From the NCBI GenBank assembly GCA_963820825.1, contig CAWGBN010000005.1, forward strand, positions 96,001 to 160,000: a stretch of DNA of 64,000 nucleotides, written 5' to 3'. Source of the stretch: Vulcanimicrobiota bacterium. GTDB lineage: Bacteria > Vulcanimicrobiota > Vulcanimicrobiia > Vulcanimicrobiales > Vulcanimicrobiaceae. A program made the translations under genes and the position numbers. Each line of letters starts with the position of its first letter. Within the stretch, counting starts at the first letter, position 1. Positions 1 through 10,301 of this stretch are shown in pieces. The notes below the pieces were generated by a model. It was not told the DNA's origin. It did not search any database and worked only from the letters and a program-made list of their open reading frames with translations.

Positions 1-1214
1 TACGAGCAGCGCAACGTGACCTATCTCGCCGACGATTTTCCGATCTTTTGGGAGTCGGCTCGCGGTGCGACGATCGTCGATGCCGACGGAAACGAGTACC
101 TCGATTGCACGGCGGCCTTCGGTGTCGCCAACGCCGGGCATTGCAATCCGCGCGTAATGCAGGCGCTCGTCGATCAGACGAAGCGCCTCGTTCACGGCAT
201 GGGCGACGTTCACCCAACCGAGATTCGCGTTCGTCTCTTCGAGCGTCTCGCATCGATCGTCCCGAAGGGCCTCGACCGCTTCTTTCTCGCGACGACCGGA
301 TCGGAGGCGGTTGAGGCCGCGCTCAAAACGGCAATCCTCGCGACGGGCAAGTCGCACTTCGCAGCCTATCGCGGCGGTTACCATGGACTCTCCTTCGGCA
401 CGCTAGCAATCGGCGGGATCGAGCACTTTCGCGAGCCGTTCGCCGCAGCCGTCGGCCGCGAGGCGTTGCTCCTAGAGTATCCCGGCACGCGCAGCATCAC
501 CGCGCACGCGCTCTCCGCGGCGCGAACCGCACTGCGCGAGCACGACGATATTGGCGCGCTCGTGATCGAGCCGATTCAAGGGCGCGCCGGCTGCGTCGTC
601 CCGCCGCCCGGCTACCTGCGCGCGATGCGCGAGCTCTGCGACGAGCTCGGCATTCTGATGATCGTTGACGAGATCTTCACCGGCTTCGGCCGCACTGGCA
701 CGTGGTTCGCCGTCGACGGCGAAGGCGTGCTTCCCGATCTGCTCTGCATCGGAAAGGCAATGGGTTTGGGCGTTCCGATCAGTGCGGTTGCCGGACGTGC
801 GGCGGTCATGGATGCCTGGCCGCCATCGAGCGGCGAGGCGCTCCACACCTCGACCTATCTCGGCAATCCGTTAGCGTGCGCCGCAGCGGTCGCCACCATA
901 GACGAACTCGAAGAGCGAGCGCTTCCCATCCGCGCGGCCCGGCTCGGCACGCACCTCGCTTCCCGTCTGCGAGCCTAACCGCGACGCCCGGCGTCGTGGA
1001 GGTGCGCGGCACCGGTCTCTGTTGGGGCGTGCAGCTTGAACCCGCCGCACGCGCAGGTGCCGCGGTGCGCCAGGCCTTACAGAGCGGCGTGATATTCTTG
1101 CAATCCGGCCGCAACGGCGACGTGATCGCCATCACGCCCCCGCTGGTCATCGGCGAAACCGAACTGAACCACGCGATCGACGTGCTCGCCACCGTACTAT
1201 CGGACGTTCGGTGA
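1..1214 (+). CDS. Class III PLP aminotransferase (GabT/ArgD-like), 5'-truncated by the window, frameshift near 970
   Basis: Motifs DADGNEYLD, TGSEAVE, YHG, EPIQG, DEIFTGFGRTG and PLP lysine in IGKAMG. The C-terminus (VVEVRGTGL...ITPPLVI) continues in another frame (702..1214). Confidence 0.9.
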
Positions 1215-2239
1215 GTCGGTATCGAATCGGAATCGTCGGCGCGGGATTCGGCGCGACTAGCCATCTGCCGGCACTGCAGAACCATCCGCATTTCGACGTC
1301 GTCGCAATTGCCTCGCCGAGGAGTGCCGCCGAGGTCGCTCGCCGTTCGAACGTTCCCCATGCGTTCCGATCGTGCGCCGAGATGCTCGCAAACTGCGAGC
1401 TCGATGCGGTTACCGTCACCTCGCCCCCGTTTGCGCACTGCGACGACGTTCTAGCAGCGCTGGAGGCACGTAAACACGTCCTGGCCGAGAAGCCGTTCGC
1501 GACCTCCGTCGCCGGCGCGACGCGCATGGTCGAGGCCTCCCGCGCTGCCGGAACCGCATGCGGCGTCGCACATGAATTCCGGTTCGTACCGCAGGCGCAG
1601 GCGCTCAAAGAGCTGATCGTAAACGGCCACCTCGGCCATCTCCGCAACGTCGAGATCACGCTGCTGCGGCACACGTTACGCCGCCACGAGCCCCGCTCGC
1701 GCAGTTGATGGTTCGAACGCGAACGCGGCGGCGGTCTCGCCGGCGCCATTCTCTCCCACATCATCGATCAGGCGAATTGGCTCGTGGGAAGCCTCCCCGC
1801 GCGCGCGATGGGCTTTCACCGCACCGCCAATCCCGAGCGCATCGACGAGCTGGGGCCTTTCGCTTCGAGCGTCGACGACGGCGCATTCGCTCTGCTGGAG
1901 TACCGCGACGGAGTCGCCGCCCGGCTTACGGCCGATGCAACGGCCGCAGTCGAATCGTACACGTGCGCCGCGCATGGCGAACGCCGCACGGGCGTCGCGA
2001 GCGGAGCGAACATCATCGATCTCACGCTCTACACCGTCGACCGTGAGGAGACCGACGAGCTTACCTGCCGCGCCTCTCCATACCAGCGCTTTGCGCGCAT
2101 CAACGAGAACGTACCGCTGTTGATGGAGCTCTACGACGAGTTCGCGAAGGCGATCGAAGGCCGTCCCGACGCTCTGCCGTCCTTCGACGAAGCGCTGGCA
2201 ACGCAAGAGGTGCTGGCGACGATCGGCTACGAGCTCTGA
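1211..2239 (+). CDS. Gfo/Idh/MocA family oxidoreductase with in-frame TGA at 1706-1708
   Basis: GIVGAGFG Rossmann motif and HVLAEKP. The same frame continues after the TGA as WFERERGGGLAGAILSHIID into ORF 1784..2239. Confidence 0.88.
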
Positions 2240-3482
2240 GCGGCGAGATGCCGCCAAAGCATGCCGAGCGCGGAGGTTGTGGCGCGCTGCATGACCGCCT
2301 CGCGCTCGCCCGCAAACTCCACGCTCACCGCGCTCGTCCCAATCCGTGCGTCGTCGAGCGCAAACCAGACAAGTCCGACCGGCTTCTCCGGCGTCCCACC
2401 GCCCGGCCCGGCGATCCCGGTCGTTGCCAGCCCGATATCGGCGTTCAAGCGTAACCGTACGCCGCGGGCCATCTCGCGCGCCGTCTCTTCGCTGACCGCT
2501 CCAAAACGCGCGAGGGTCTCCGCGCGCACACCCAGCTGCGCGATCTTTACCGCATTCGCGTACGCGACCACGCCCCCGTAAAAACTCTGCGACGAGCCTG
2601 GTACGCTCGTCAGCGCGGCCGCAATGCGCCCGCCCGTGCACGATTCGCCAACGGCGAGGTTGTGCCCATAGCGTTGTGCGAGCGTGTGGATCGCACTTGC
2701 GGGCGAGTCCGCATCGCGTCCGAAGACGTACCCGTCCAGTCGCGATTCGATCTCGGCTTGCAGCGGCGCGATCAGCGCCTGCGCCGCTTCCGCCGAATGC
2801 GATTTTGCCGTCAGCTTGACGTCGGCGCGGTAGTCGTGGGCGAGCACGGCGATCTTCGGATTCTCCGAGCTTCGAAAGAGTTCGGCAATCCGGTGGTCGA
2901 TCTCCGATTCGCCGATACCGATGGTGTGCAGGACGCGCGTGTAGATGGCCTCGCCGCTCCCCAACCGCTCGCGAAGAAACGGCAGCACCTGCTCGACGAA
3001 CATCGGTTTCATCTCTCGCGGCACGCCGGGCATCGATGCGACGAACTTTCCCCCGGATTGAATGCGATGAAACCGGGTGCGGTGCCGTTGGGATTCTCGA
3101 GCGGCCGGCTTCCCCGCGGCAACTCCGCCTGTTTACGATTGTTCTCGCGCATCGGACGTCCAAAGGCCGCGAACGTCGCCTCCATCTGCCGTAAGGCGGG
3201 TTCGTAGAGCTCCGTATCGAGCGCGAGCGCCGTGCAGACCGCCTCTTTCGTCAGATCGTCGACCGTCGGTCCCAGGCCGCCGGTGGTGATTACGCCGTCG
3301 GCTCGGTCGAGCGATCCGCGAATCGCCGCAGCGATGCGCTCGCGGTTGTCGCCGATCGCGTGCGTCGCGTGAACGTCGATACCGGCCCGCGCCAAGCCGG
3401 CGGCAATGAAGGCGGTATTCGTATCGACGAGCTGGCCGAGCAGCAGCTCCGTGCCGACCGCGATGACTTCAACGCTCGGCAT
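2227..3482 (-). CDS. cinA: Competence/damage-inducible protein CinA (MoCF-like + PncC NMN deamidase), frameshift near 3045
   Basis: N-terminal VGTELLLGQLVDTN...TGGLGPTVDDLT; C-terminal ESCTGG...TTGIAGPGGG. Confidence 0.93.
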
Positions 3483-4053
3483 CGCGCTCGTCGAACCACG
3501 TCGGATACTCGAAGCGCACGTCGGCGGAGAAGCCGCGCGCCGCTTCGATCATGGCGTTTCGCCGGAGCGGCGACTCTTCTTGCTGCGGATGAAGCTCGCG
3601 CACGCGCTCGCGTTTCTCCGCCAATCGCTCGACGAAACGCGCGAAGCGGTCGTCCATCGCCCGTTGGAGCGCGTTCTTGAGCGCCTTCGCGACGCGCGGT
3701 GCGAGCCCGGCCGTCGAGATCGCCACGCGCACCGGACCGGCCTTGGCGATCGCCGCCATCGCAACGAAGCCGAACTTCGGCTGATCGATGCAGCAGAGCA
3801 GAAAGCGATGGCGGTCGGCAAGCGTACGGAGCCGCGCCGAGAGTTCCGCATCCTGCGGCGTCGAAATGACGAAGAACGCGCCGGCGAGCTCGCCCTCGTC
3901 GAGCGCACTCGCGTCGTAGACCCGGCGCACGTCGGCCCCGGCCTCTTCCAAGGCGGCGCTCTTTTCGATCGCCTCGCGATCGTCGGCCGCACCGATGACG
4001 ATGCAGCGGCGCCCCTCGAGATTCAAGCTCACTGGAAAGAAAGCGCGGCGCAC
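3469..4053 (-). CDS. Precorrin-2 dehydrogenase / sirohydrochlorin ferrochelatase (SirC/CysG-B-like)
   Basis: FFPVSLNLEGRRCIVIG start and VAISTAGLAPRVAK motif. Confidence 0.8.
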   Translation of the reverse strand: MRRAFFPVSLNLEGRRCIVIGAADDREAIEKSAALEEAGADVRRVYDASALDEGELAGAFFVISTPQDAELSARLRTLADRHRFLLCCIDQPKFGFVAMAAIAKAGPVRVAISTAGLAPRVAKALKNALQRAMDDRFARFVERLAEKRERVRELHPQQEESPLRRNAMIEAARGFSADVRFEYPTWFDERDAER

Positions 4054-4057
4054 GACG

Positions 4058-4909
4058 TCAGTAATCGACGGGCCGCAGATAGAACTCGTTAATCGCGGTA
4101 CTGGTCAGCATCGCGGTCGTCGGCAGGTGACGCTTCCAATGAGTCGAGTCGACCCGGCCGCGAACGAGCGCTACTTCGGCCGACGTGAAGCCGTGCTCGA
4201 CGAGTTGCGCGTCGGAGTAGCCTTGCAGAAGCTGCGCGAGAATCGCGTCGGCTCGCGCGTAGCTGATTCCGAGATCGGCTTCGTCGGTCTGATCCGCCTG
4301 GAGATCGGCCGTCGGGGCCTTCTCGATCAATCGCTCGGGAACGCCGAGATAGCGCGCCAGATCCCAGACCTGGCTCTTGAAGAGATCGCCGATCGGGTTG
4401 AGCGGCGGCGTATCGTCGGCATGCCAGGTAAAATACCCGAGCATGCGTTCGGTCTTGTTGCCGGTTCCGATCGGGAGCGCGTCGAGCTTTGCCGATTGGT
4501 CGAAAAGCACGACCATGCGCACTCGCGCCATCACGTTGCCCCGACGGCGCGCATCCGCCTCGGGTTCGAACTCCAAGTACCCATCGACCGCGGCACTGAT
4601 GTCGATTGTGCGGCACGCGATCCCCAATGCGTCGACGACGAGCTGCGCGTCGCTTAGACTCGACGGATGCGACGTTCGGTACGGCAGGCGAAATGCGTAG
4701 ACGTTCTGCGCTCCCAGCGCGCGCGTGCAGAGGAACGCGGTCACCGCCGAATCGACGCCGCCGGAGAGACCGATCACGGCGCGCGCAATTCCGCGCCGCT
4801 CGACCAACTCGTCGCGCAGAAAGGCCACGAGCCACTGCGCGGTGACCGCGGCATCGATTTCGGGCACTCTCGGCGGCGCCGGCGCGCTCTCAACGATCGG
4901 CAGCGTCAT
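4058..4909 (-). CDS. nadE: NAD+ synthetase (synthetase domain only)
   Basis: IGLSGGVDSAV, GNVMARVRM, GTGNKTE, KAPTADL and WKR motifs. Confidence 0.95.
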   Translation of the reverse strand: MTLPIVESAPAPPRVPEIDAAVTAQWLVAFLRDELVERRGIARAVIGLSGGVDSAVTAFLCTRALGAQNVYAFRLPYRTSHPSSLSDAQLVVDALGIACRTIDISAAVDGYLEFEPEADARRRGNVMARVRMVVLFDQSAKLDALPIGTGNKTERMLGYFTWHADDTPPLNPIGDLFKSQVWDLARYLGVPERLIEKAPTADLQADQTDEADLGISYARADAILAQLLQGYSDAQLVEHGFTSAEVALVRGRVDSTHWKRHLPTTAMLTSTAINEFYLRPVDY

Positions 4910-5798
4910 TGCGCGTTCGCGGCAAGGGAAGCTCGTCGTCGAGCAGCAGGTCGGGTAAGACGCTGCGCAGATCGCCCAGCAACGGCAGGCCGGCGCGCGC
5001 GAGATCCACCTCGCGCAGATCGAGGTCGGCGCGAACGATGCAGGCCTCTGCCGGGGGCGCCTGCACGACGACGCGCCCGTGGGGATCGATCACGCAAGAG
5101 GATCCGCTCAAGCCTTTACCGCCTTCGAAGCCCGTCAGGCCCGCGTAGATGACGTAGACCCCATGTTCGATTGCGGTCAGACGCAACATATCGCGCCATT
5201 GCGCGATGCTCTCGAGCTCGCCCTCGCGTTCGATTCCGCGTCCCGGCGAAGCGCTCGGGATGAGGAGCATGCGCGCTCCCTTGATCGCCGCTAGGGTTGG
5301 GACGATTGCGTGACAAGCATCCTCGCAGATCAGCAGCGCCGCGGTGCCGAAGCGCGTTTCGAAGACTCCCAGTTTATGCCCGCGCGAGAGAAAACGCTCC
5401 TCGTCGAAGACGCCGTACGTCGCTAAGAACATCTTGCGGTGGACGTGAACGATACGCTCCCGGCCCCGCTCGACCTCGAGATAGATCGCGCTGTTGTAAT
5501 ACGTGCCGCCGTCGTTTTCGAAGAAGCCGGCGGCAATGTCGACGCGCTCGCCACCGGCCTCCGTCCACGTCCGCGCGAGGTCGCGCGCGAAGGCGTCGGC
5601 GGAGAGCGCGAGATCGAAGACGCCCCCTTCGAGAAAGTATCCCGTCAGGGCGCCCTCGGGAAAAAGGATCAGATCGGGCGGATCGTCGGCGAGCTGCCCG
5701 AAGGCTTCGCCCGCATCGCGAAGATTGTGCGCGTACCGTCCCTTCGCCGGCTTCGTCTGCATCAGCGCGACGCGCAGCCGCGCGGCTGCGTCACTCAC
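4890..5798 (-). CDS. Nitrilase/carbon-nitrogen hydrolase, probable glutaminase partner of NadE
   Basis: Glu-Lys-Cys triad (FPEG, HRK, ICED), TYGVFDEERF, SASP. Likely GTG start at 5798; overlaps the nadE start. Confidence 0.85.
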   Translation of the reverse strand: MSDAAARLRVALMQTKPAKGRYAHNLRDAGEAFGQLADDPPDLILFPEGALTGYFLEGGVFDLALSADAFARDLARTWTEAGGERVDIAAGFFENDGGTYYNSAIYLEVERGRERIVHVHRKMFLATYGVFDEERFLSRGHKLGVFETRFGTAALLICEDACHAIVPTLAAIKGARMLLIPSASPGRGIEREGELESIAQWRDMLRLTAIEHGVYVIYAGLTGFEGGKGLSGSSCVIDPHGRVVVQAPPAEACIVRADLDLREVDLARAGLPLLGDLRSVLPDLLLDDELPLPRTRNDAADR

Positions 5799-7230
5799 CG
5801 ACAATGCTCGTCGCCATCTCGATCTGCTCGTCGCCGGGAATCTTTCTCCCGAGTTTCGCCGCACACTCCTCGGCGGGGTAGGTCCAAATCTCGGCAAGCG
5901 TCGGATGAAGGTGCGGAATGCGCATGAACTGGTCCACGGTCGAGTCGAACCGCATTGCGACGATCACTTCGTGGATGAGCTCCGATGCCTGGGGACCGAG
6001 CACCGCGGCGCCGAGAATCCGTCCCTCCTCGCGGTCTGCCATCATCTTGACGAAGCCCTTCGTCTTTGCCAAGCATTGCGCTTTGCCGTGCTCGGCGAAA
6101 TCGTAGCGTCCCGAAACGTAGGCGATGCCTTTGCGGCGCAGCTCCTTCTCGCTCGAACCGACCGCGGCGAACTGCGGATCGGTAAAGACGGAGTGCGCGC
6201 CGATCAAACGGTACTCGGGGCGCTCTTCGACGTTGAGGCAGGCGTTGCGCGCGGCGATCTCGCCTTGATAGATCGCGACGTGCACCAGCATGTACTCCCC
6301 GGTCACGTCTCCGACGGCGTAGATGTTCGGATTGCTTGTCCGCAAGCGGCCGTCGACGGCAACGGCGCCGCCCGGCTCGCATCGGACGCCGGCCTTCTCC
6401 AAATCGAGCCCGGCGGTCTTGGGCGTGCGGCCGAGCGCATAGAAGATCTCGTCGGCGGCAACTTCCCGCTCGATCCCTCCGTGCAGATACCGGACGATCT
6501 TCTTCCGATCGCGCCGCTCGACGCGCAGGAGCGTCGCCTGCGTCACGACGTCGATCGCTTCGTCACGAAAATACTCGGTCAGTACGTTGCCGACGTCGTC
6601 GTCGCTGTGCGTGAGCAGGTGACCGCTGCGTATAACGATCGTCGTTCTCGCTCCCATCCGGGCCAGAAACTGTCCGAGTTCGCACGCGGTGTACCCGCCG
6701 CCGAGCACGACTACCGATTCCGGTATTGCCTCCAACTCGAGCACCCCATCGCTATCGACGAAGCCGGCCTCGGCAAGACCCGGCACGGCGTTCGGCGTCA
6801 CGACGCTGCCGGTTGCGATCACAAACTTCGAGGCCTCCAAGACGAGGCTCTCGTCCACCAGAACCTGCGTCGGAGAGAGAAAACGCGCCGGGCCGAGGTA
6901 GAGCGGAAACGCTTCGATCCCCTCGATCCGGTACTCTGCGAAGCCGCGGACGAGTTCGCGTTTGCGAGCCGCGATGAAGGGCATGTCGAACGACGGCGCT
7001 CCCGCATCGATCCCCAGCGCGCGCGCGTCCCGCGTGTCCTGCAACGCATCGCTAGAGGCCAGAAGCGCCTTGCTCGGCATGCATCCGCGGAGAATACAGA
7101 GACCGCCGAGCGGACCTTGGTCGACGAGCGCCACGTCGCAGCCGACGTCGCGCGCCGTCCGCGCGGCCGCATAACCGGCAGAACCGGCGCCGACGACGAT
7201 CAGCTCGTGACGGCGCGGCGGTTCGCGCAT
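5791..7230 (-). CDS. Class I pyridine nucleotide-disulfide oxidoreductase (LpdA/MerA-like)
   Basis: GAGSAG, GGLCILRGCMPSK, AVGDV and HPTLAE motifs; no MerA C-terminal CC. Confidence 0.88.
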   Translation of the reverse strand: MREPPRRHELIVVGAGSAGYAAARTARDVGCDVALVDQGPLGGLCILRGCMPSKALLASSDALQDTRDARALGIDAGAPSFDMPFIAARKRELVRGFAEYRIEGIEAFPLYLGPARFLSPTQVLVDESLVLEASKFVIATGSVVTPNAVPGLAEAGFVDSDGVLELEAIPESVVVLGGGYTACELGQFLARMGARTTIVIRSGHLLTHSDDDVGNVLTEYFRDEAIDVVTQATLLRVERRDRKKIVRYLHGGIEREVAADEIFYALGRTPKTAGLDLEKAGVRCEPGGAVAVDGRLRTSNPNIYAVGDVTGEYMLVHVAIYQGEIAARNACLNVEERPEYRLIGAHSVFTDPQFAAVGSSEKELRRKGIAYVSGRYDFAEHGKAQCLAKTKGFVKMMADREEGRILGAAVLGPQASELIHEVIVAMRFDSTVDQFMRIPHLHPTLAEIWTYPAEECAAKLGRKIPGDEQIEMATSIVGE

Positions 7231-8213
7231 TACCGCCCGGGCGGGCGGGCGCCGAGCCGGTGCGTCGATTCGATGAAGCGCACCGTTCCGCTGGAGTGAA
7301 CGAGAATCGAATGCGTCCGTGCTTGATTACCGAAGAAACGCACGCCTCGAACGAGGTCGCCGTCGGTGATTCCGGTCGCGCAGAAGATGACGTCGTTGCT
7401 CCGTACGAGATCGTCGAGCTCGAGGACGCGATTGATGTCGCCGATTCCCATCTCCACAGCGCGCCGTGCCTCCGTTTCGTTGCGCGGCTGAAGACGGCCC
7501 ATGAAATTCCCGCCGAGACACTTGATCGCCGCCGCCGCGAGCACACCTTCAGGCGCGCCGCCCGTTCCCATCGCGACGTGAATTCCCGTGGATTCGATCG
7601 CCGTGGCGATGCACGCATCGACGTCTCCGTCTGAGATCAACCGGATCCTGGCTCCGGCCGCACGCACCTCCTCGATCAGCGTCGCGTGCCGGGGGCGGTC
7701 GAGGATGATGACGCAGACGTCGTTGATCGGCTTTTCGAGCGCGTTCGCCACGGCTTCGAGATTCTCTCGCACCGGCGCGTCGATGTGCACGTAGGGCGCG
7801 GCCTTCGCGCCGACCGCCAGTTTCTTCATGTACGTGTCGGGAGCGTGCAGCAGTCCGCTGCGCTCGGCGATCGCCATTACCGCGATCGCGTTGGGAAGAC
7901 CGTTCGCGACGAGATTCGTCCCCTCGACCGGATCGACCGCAATGTCGACTTCCTGGCCGCCGGTTCCGACTTCCTCGCCGATGTACAGCATCGGTGCTTC
8001 GTCGCGCTCCCCTTCGCCGATGACGATCCGGCCCGAGATCTCCATGTCGCCGAGCGATTCTCGCATCTTCTCGACCGCGGCGCCGTCGGCGGCGTCGCGT
8101 TCGCCGCGGCCCATCCAGCGCGATGCGGCGAGCGCCGCACTCTCGGTGACTTTGACGAAATCGAGCGAGTGAACCGGATGGTCCAGCCGCGCGCGCATGA
8201 TAGAACGAGCCAT
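7230..8213 (-). CDS. glpX: Class II fructose-1,6-bisphosphatase
   Basis: VTESAALAA, IVIGEGERDEAPML, DPVEGT, GGAPEGV and ATGITDG. Start at ATG 8213 or 8198. Confidence 0.96.
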   Translation of the reverse strand: MARSIMRARLDHPVHSLDFVKVTESAALAASRWMGRGERDAADGAAVEKMRESLGDMEISGRIVIGEGERDEAPMLYIGEEVGTGGQEVDIAVDPVEGTNLVANGLPNAIAVMAIAERSGLLHAPDTYMKKLAVGAKAAPYVHIDAPVRENLEAVANALEKPINDVCVIILDRPRHATLIEEVRAAGARIRLISDGDVDACIATAIESTGIHVAMGTGGAPEGVLAAAAIKCLGGNFMGRLQPRNETEARRAVEMGIGDINRVLELDDLVRSNDVIFCATGITDGDLVRGVRFFGNQARTHSILVHSSGTVRFIESTHRLGARPPGR

Positions 8214-8298
8214 CGTTAGCTCGCCACTACAAAGGGAAGCGGCGCATTTCCTGTTAAGAACGCATGTCGTGTTCGCAGGCAGCCGCCTTTCTCGTCCC

Positions 8299-9789
8299 AT
8301 GCAGTCGCGACTAGCCCCGCTCGGGGAGTTTATCGCCGTCGGCTGGGCGGCACCGTCGATCGTCGGATTGGCGGGCCTCACCCTGGGCTTCTTCGGCTGG
8401 TACGCGCTCATCGTTCCGCGTCACCACGGCGCGCTCAGCGAACTCGGACTGATCGGCGGAGCGACGTTGGGCGTGCTCGCCGCGCTCGCGCTCTGGGCGG
8501 CCTATTCGCAGTATTTTGCGCGCCGGGCCGGGATTACGCTCGTGCGCGCGCTGCAATACGACGCGCTCACCTGGCTGCCGTTCTTGCTGCTCTGGTTCAC
8601 CTTCGTCTTGCCGCCGCAGCTTACGCACGGCGCGCGCCTCTTTCTCGTCGCGATAACGCTCGCGTGCGTCGGCAAGGTGCTCATCGCCGCGCGATTCAAC
8701 CAGACGGTCCGCGAGGTCCTGATCGACTTCGCCGCAACCCGTCTCGCCATCATCGTCATCGCCGAGCTCGCCGCGGTCATCATCGGCCAGCGCGCCGGCA
8801 TTCACGTTCAGGAATCGTCTCACGTGCTGCTCGCCGTTTGGGGGCGCTGGGACGCGGTGCACTACCTCGACATCGCGACCCAAGGATACTACGGCACGAA
8901 CATGGCCTTCTTTCCGCTCTTTCCGCTGCTGATCCGAATCGTCGGCTCGCTCGCCGGGAATCATCTCGTCGCGGGTCTGCTCATCTCCAACGCATCCTTC
9001 TTCTTCGGCTTGCTCTATCTCTATAAGCTGCTCGAACACGAGTACGATCGCGCGGTGGCCCGTCGCGCGATCTTCTACGTCTCCATCTTTCCGACGTCGG
9101 TCTATTTCACCGCCGTCTATACCGAGTCGCTCTTCTTCATGCTCACGGTCGCCTCGTTCTATTACATGCGCGGTCGCTCGTGGTGGCTGGCGGGCCTCTT
9201 CGGCTTCTTGGCCGCGCTCACGCGCGTCGAGGGCGTTCTCCTGATCGTCCCGTTCGTCATCGAGTGGTGGGCGCAAGAGCGTCCGCTGCGTGCGCGCGCC
9301 TTCTCCGATCTCTGCGCGAGTCTGCTCATTCCGCTCGGACTCGCCTGTTACATGGCCTATCTTTGGGTGCTCCGCGCCGATCCGCTCTACTTCTCGCACG
9401 TTCAAATTCACTGGAATCGGCATCTCGCGCCGCCCTGGGTCAGCGTGATCAACGCATTCGGCAAGGTCATCCACGGCCCGGGGGCGCTGGTGGTTGCGAA
9501 CCAATCGCTCGAGGTCGCGTTCACGCTGCTGATGATCGCCGTGCTCGTCGCCGGCTGGCGCTCGCTGCGCCCATCGTACATCGCCTATATGGCGCTCTCG
9601 ATCCTCGTGCCGATGTCGACATCGAACCTCATGTCGATGCCCCGCTTCGCGCTCGTGCTCTTTCCGATGTTCGCGATTCTCGCGCGCTGGGGCGAGCGGC
9701 CTTGGGCGAACAACGTCATTCTTGCCTTCTCGCTGCCGCTGCTCGGGCTCTTCACGGTACTCTTCGCCGATTGGTATTGGGTTGCGTGA
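8299..9789 (+). CDS. GT-C membrane glycosyltransferase, PIG-V/mannosyltransferase-like, with extra N-terminal TM helices
   Basis: RWDAVHYLDIATQGY, AFFPLFP, VYTESLF and SMPRF motifs; many TM segments. Confidence 0.85.
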   Translation: MQSRLAPLGEFIAVGWAAPSIVGLAGLTLGFFGWYALIVPRHHGALSELGLIGGATLGVLAALALWAAYSQYFARRAGITLVRALQYDALTWLPFLLLWFTFVLPPQLTHGARLFLVAITLACVGKVLIAARFNQTVREVLIDFAATRLAIIVIAELAAVIIGQRAGIHVQESSHVLLAVWGRWDAVHYLDIATQGYYGTNMAFFPLFPLLIRIVGSLAGNHLVAGLLISNASFFFGLLYLYKLLEHEYDRAVARRAIFYVSIFPTSVYFTAVYTESLFFMLTVASFYYMRGRSWWLAGLFGFLAALTRVEGVLLIVPFVIEWWAQERPLRARAFSDLCASLLIPLGLACYMAYLWVLRADPLYFSHVQIHWNRHLAPPWVSVINAFGKVIHGPGALVVANQSLEVAFTLLMIAVLVAGWRSLRPSYIAYMALSILVPMSTSNLMSMPRFALVLFPMFAILARWGERPWANNVILAFSLPLLGLFTVLFADWYWVA

Positions 9790-10210
9790 CCATGCTGCGC
9801 CGGGACTCGTGCGCGGCCTAAGCCAACGACGCGGCGTTCGACAGTTCCTGAAGTTCGGGATCGTCGGGGCGTCGGGAATGATCGTCAACTTCGTCGTCGC
9901 CCACATCCTCGAGCGCACCACCGAACTCTCCTGGTTCGCCGATTTCGCGATCGGCTTCATGGTCGGCGGCGTCTCCAACTATGCGCTCAACCGCGTCTGG
10001 ACGTTTGGATCGCGGCGCAATCCCTTCGTGGAGGGATTGCAGTTTCTTGCCGTATCGGCTATCGCGCTGCTCCTTGGAAGAATCGTCTTTGCGATCGCGC
10101 AGCGCTCGGGCTTCCATCACTTCACGACGGTCTGGTTCGTGGCGACGCTTGCCGGTATTTTCGTGAATTTCTTTCTCAACAAGTATTGGACGTTCCGCCA
10201 TCTTAACTGA
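9782..10210 (+). CDS. GtrA family protein
   Basis: QFLKFGIVG...NYALNRVWTF...NFFLNKYWTF; about 4 TM. Start uncertain. Confidence 0.9.
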   Translation: MRDHAAPGLVRGLSQRRGVRQFLKFGIVGASGMIVNFVVAHILERTTELSWFADFAIGFMVGGVSNYALNRVWTFGSRRNPFVEGLQFLAVSAIALLLGRIVFAIAQRSGFHHFTTVWFVATLAGIFVNFFLNKYWTFRHLN

Positions 10211-10301
10211 CGCGGCGCGACCGAAGCTGTACTGGCGGCTGGGATTCGGCGCCATCGTACTCGTCGCGCTGGCTCTGCGGCTCCATGGGATTCACGACCC
10301 G

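Noticed and set aside
1706..1708. Genetic-code reassignment or selenocysteine at the TGA
   Set aside because: TGA ends many genes in this window, and the context suggests Trp rather than Cys.
5791..7230. Mercury resistance (merA)
   Set aside because: No C-terminal Cys pair and no merR, merT or merP.
5503..7299. Long antisense ORFs (also 8311..9978, 29917..31560, 48991..50505 and many others)
   Set aside because: High-GC shadow ORFs opposite well-supported genes, with no motifs.
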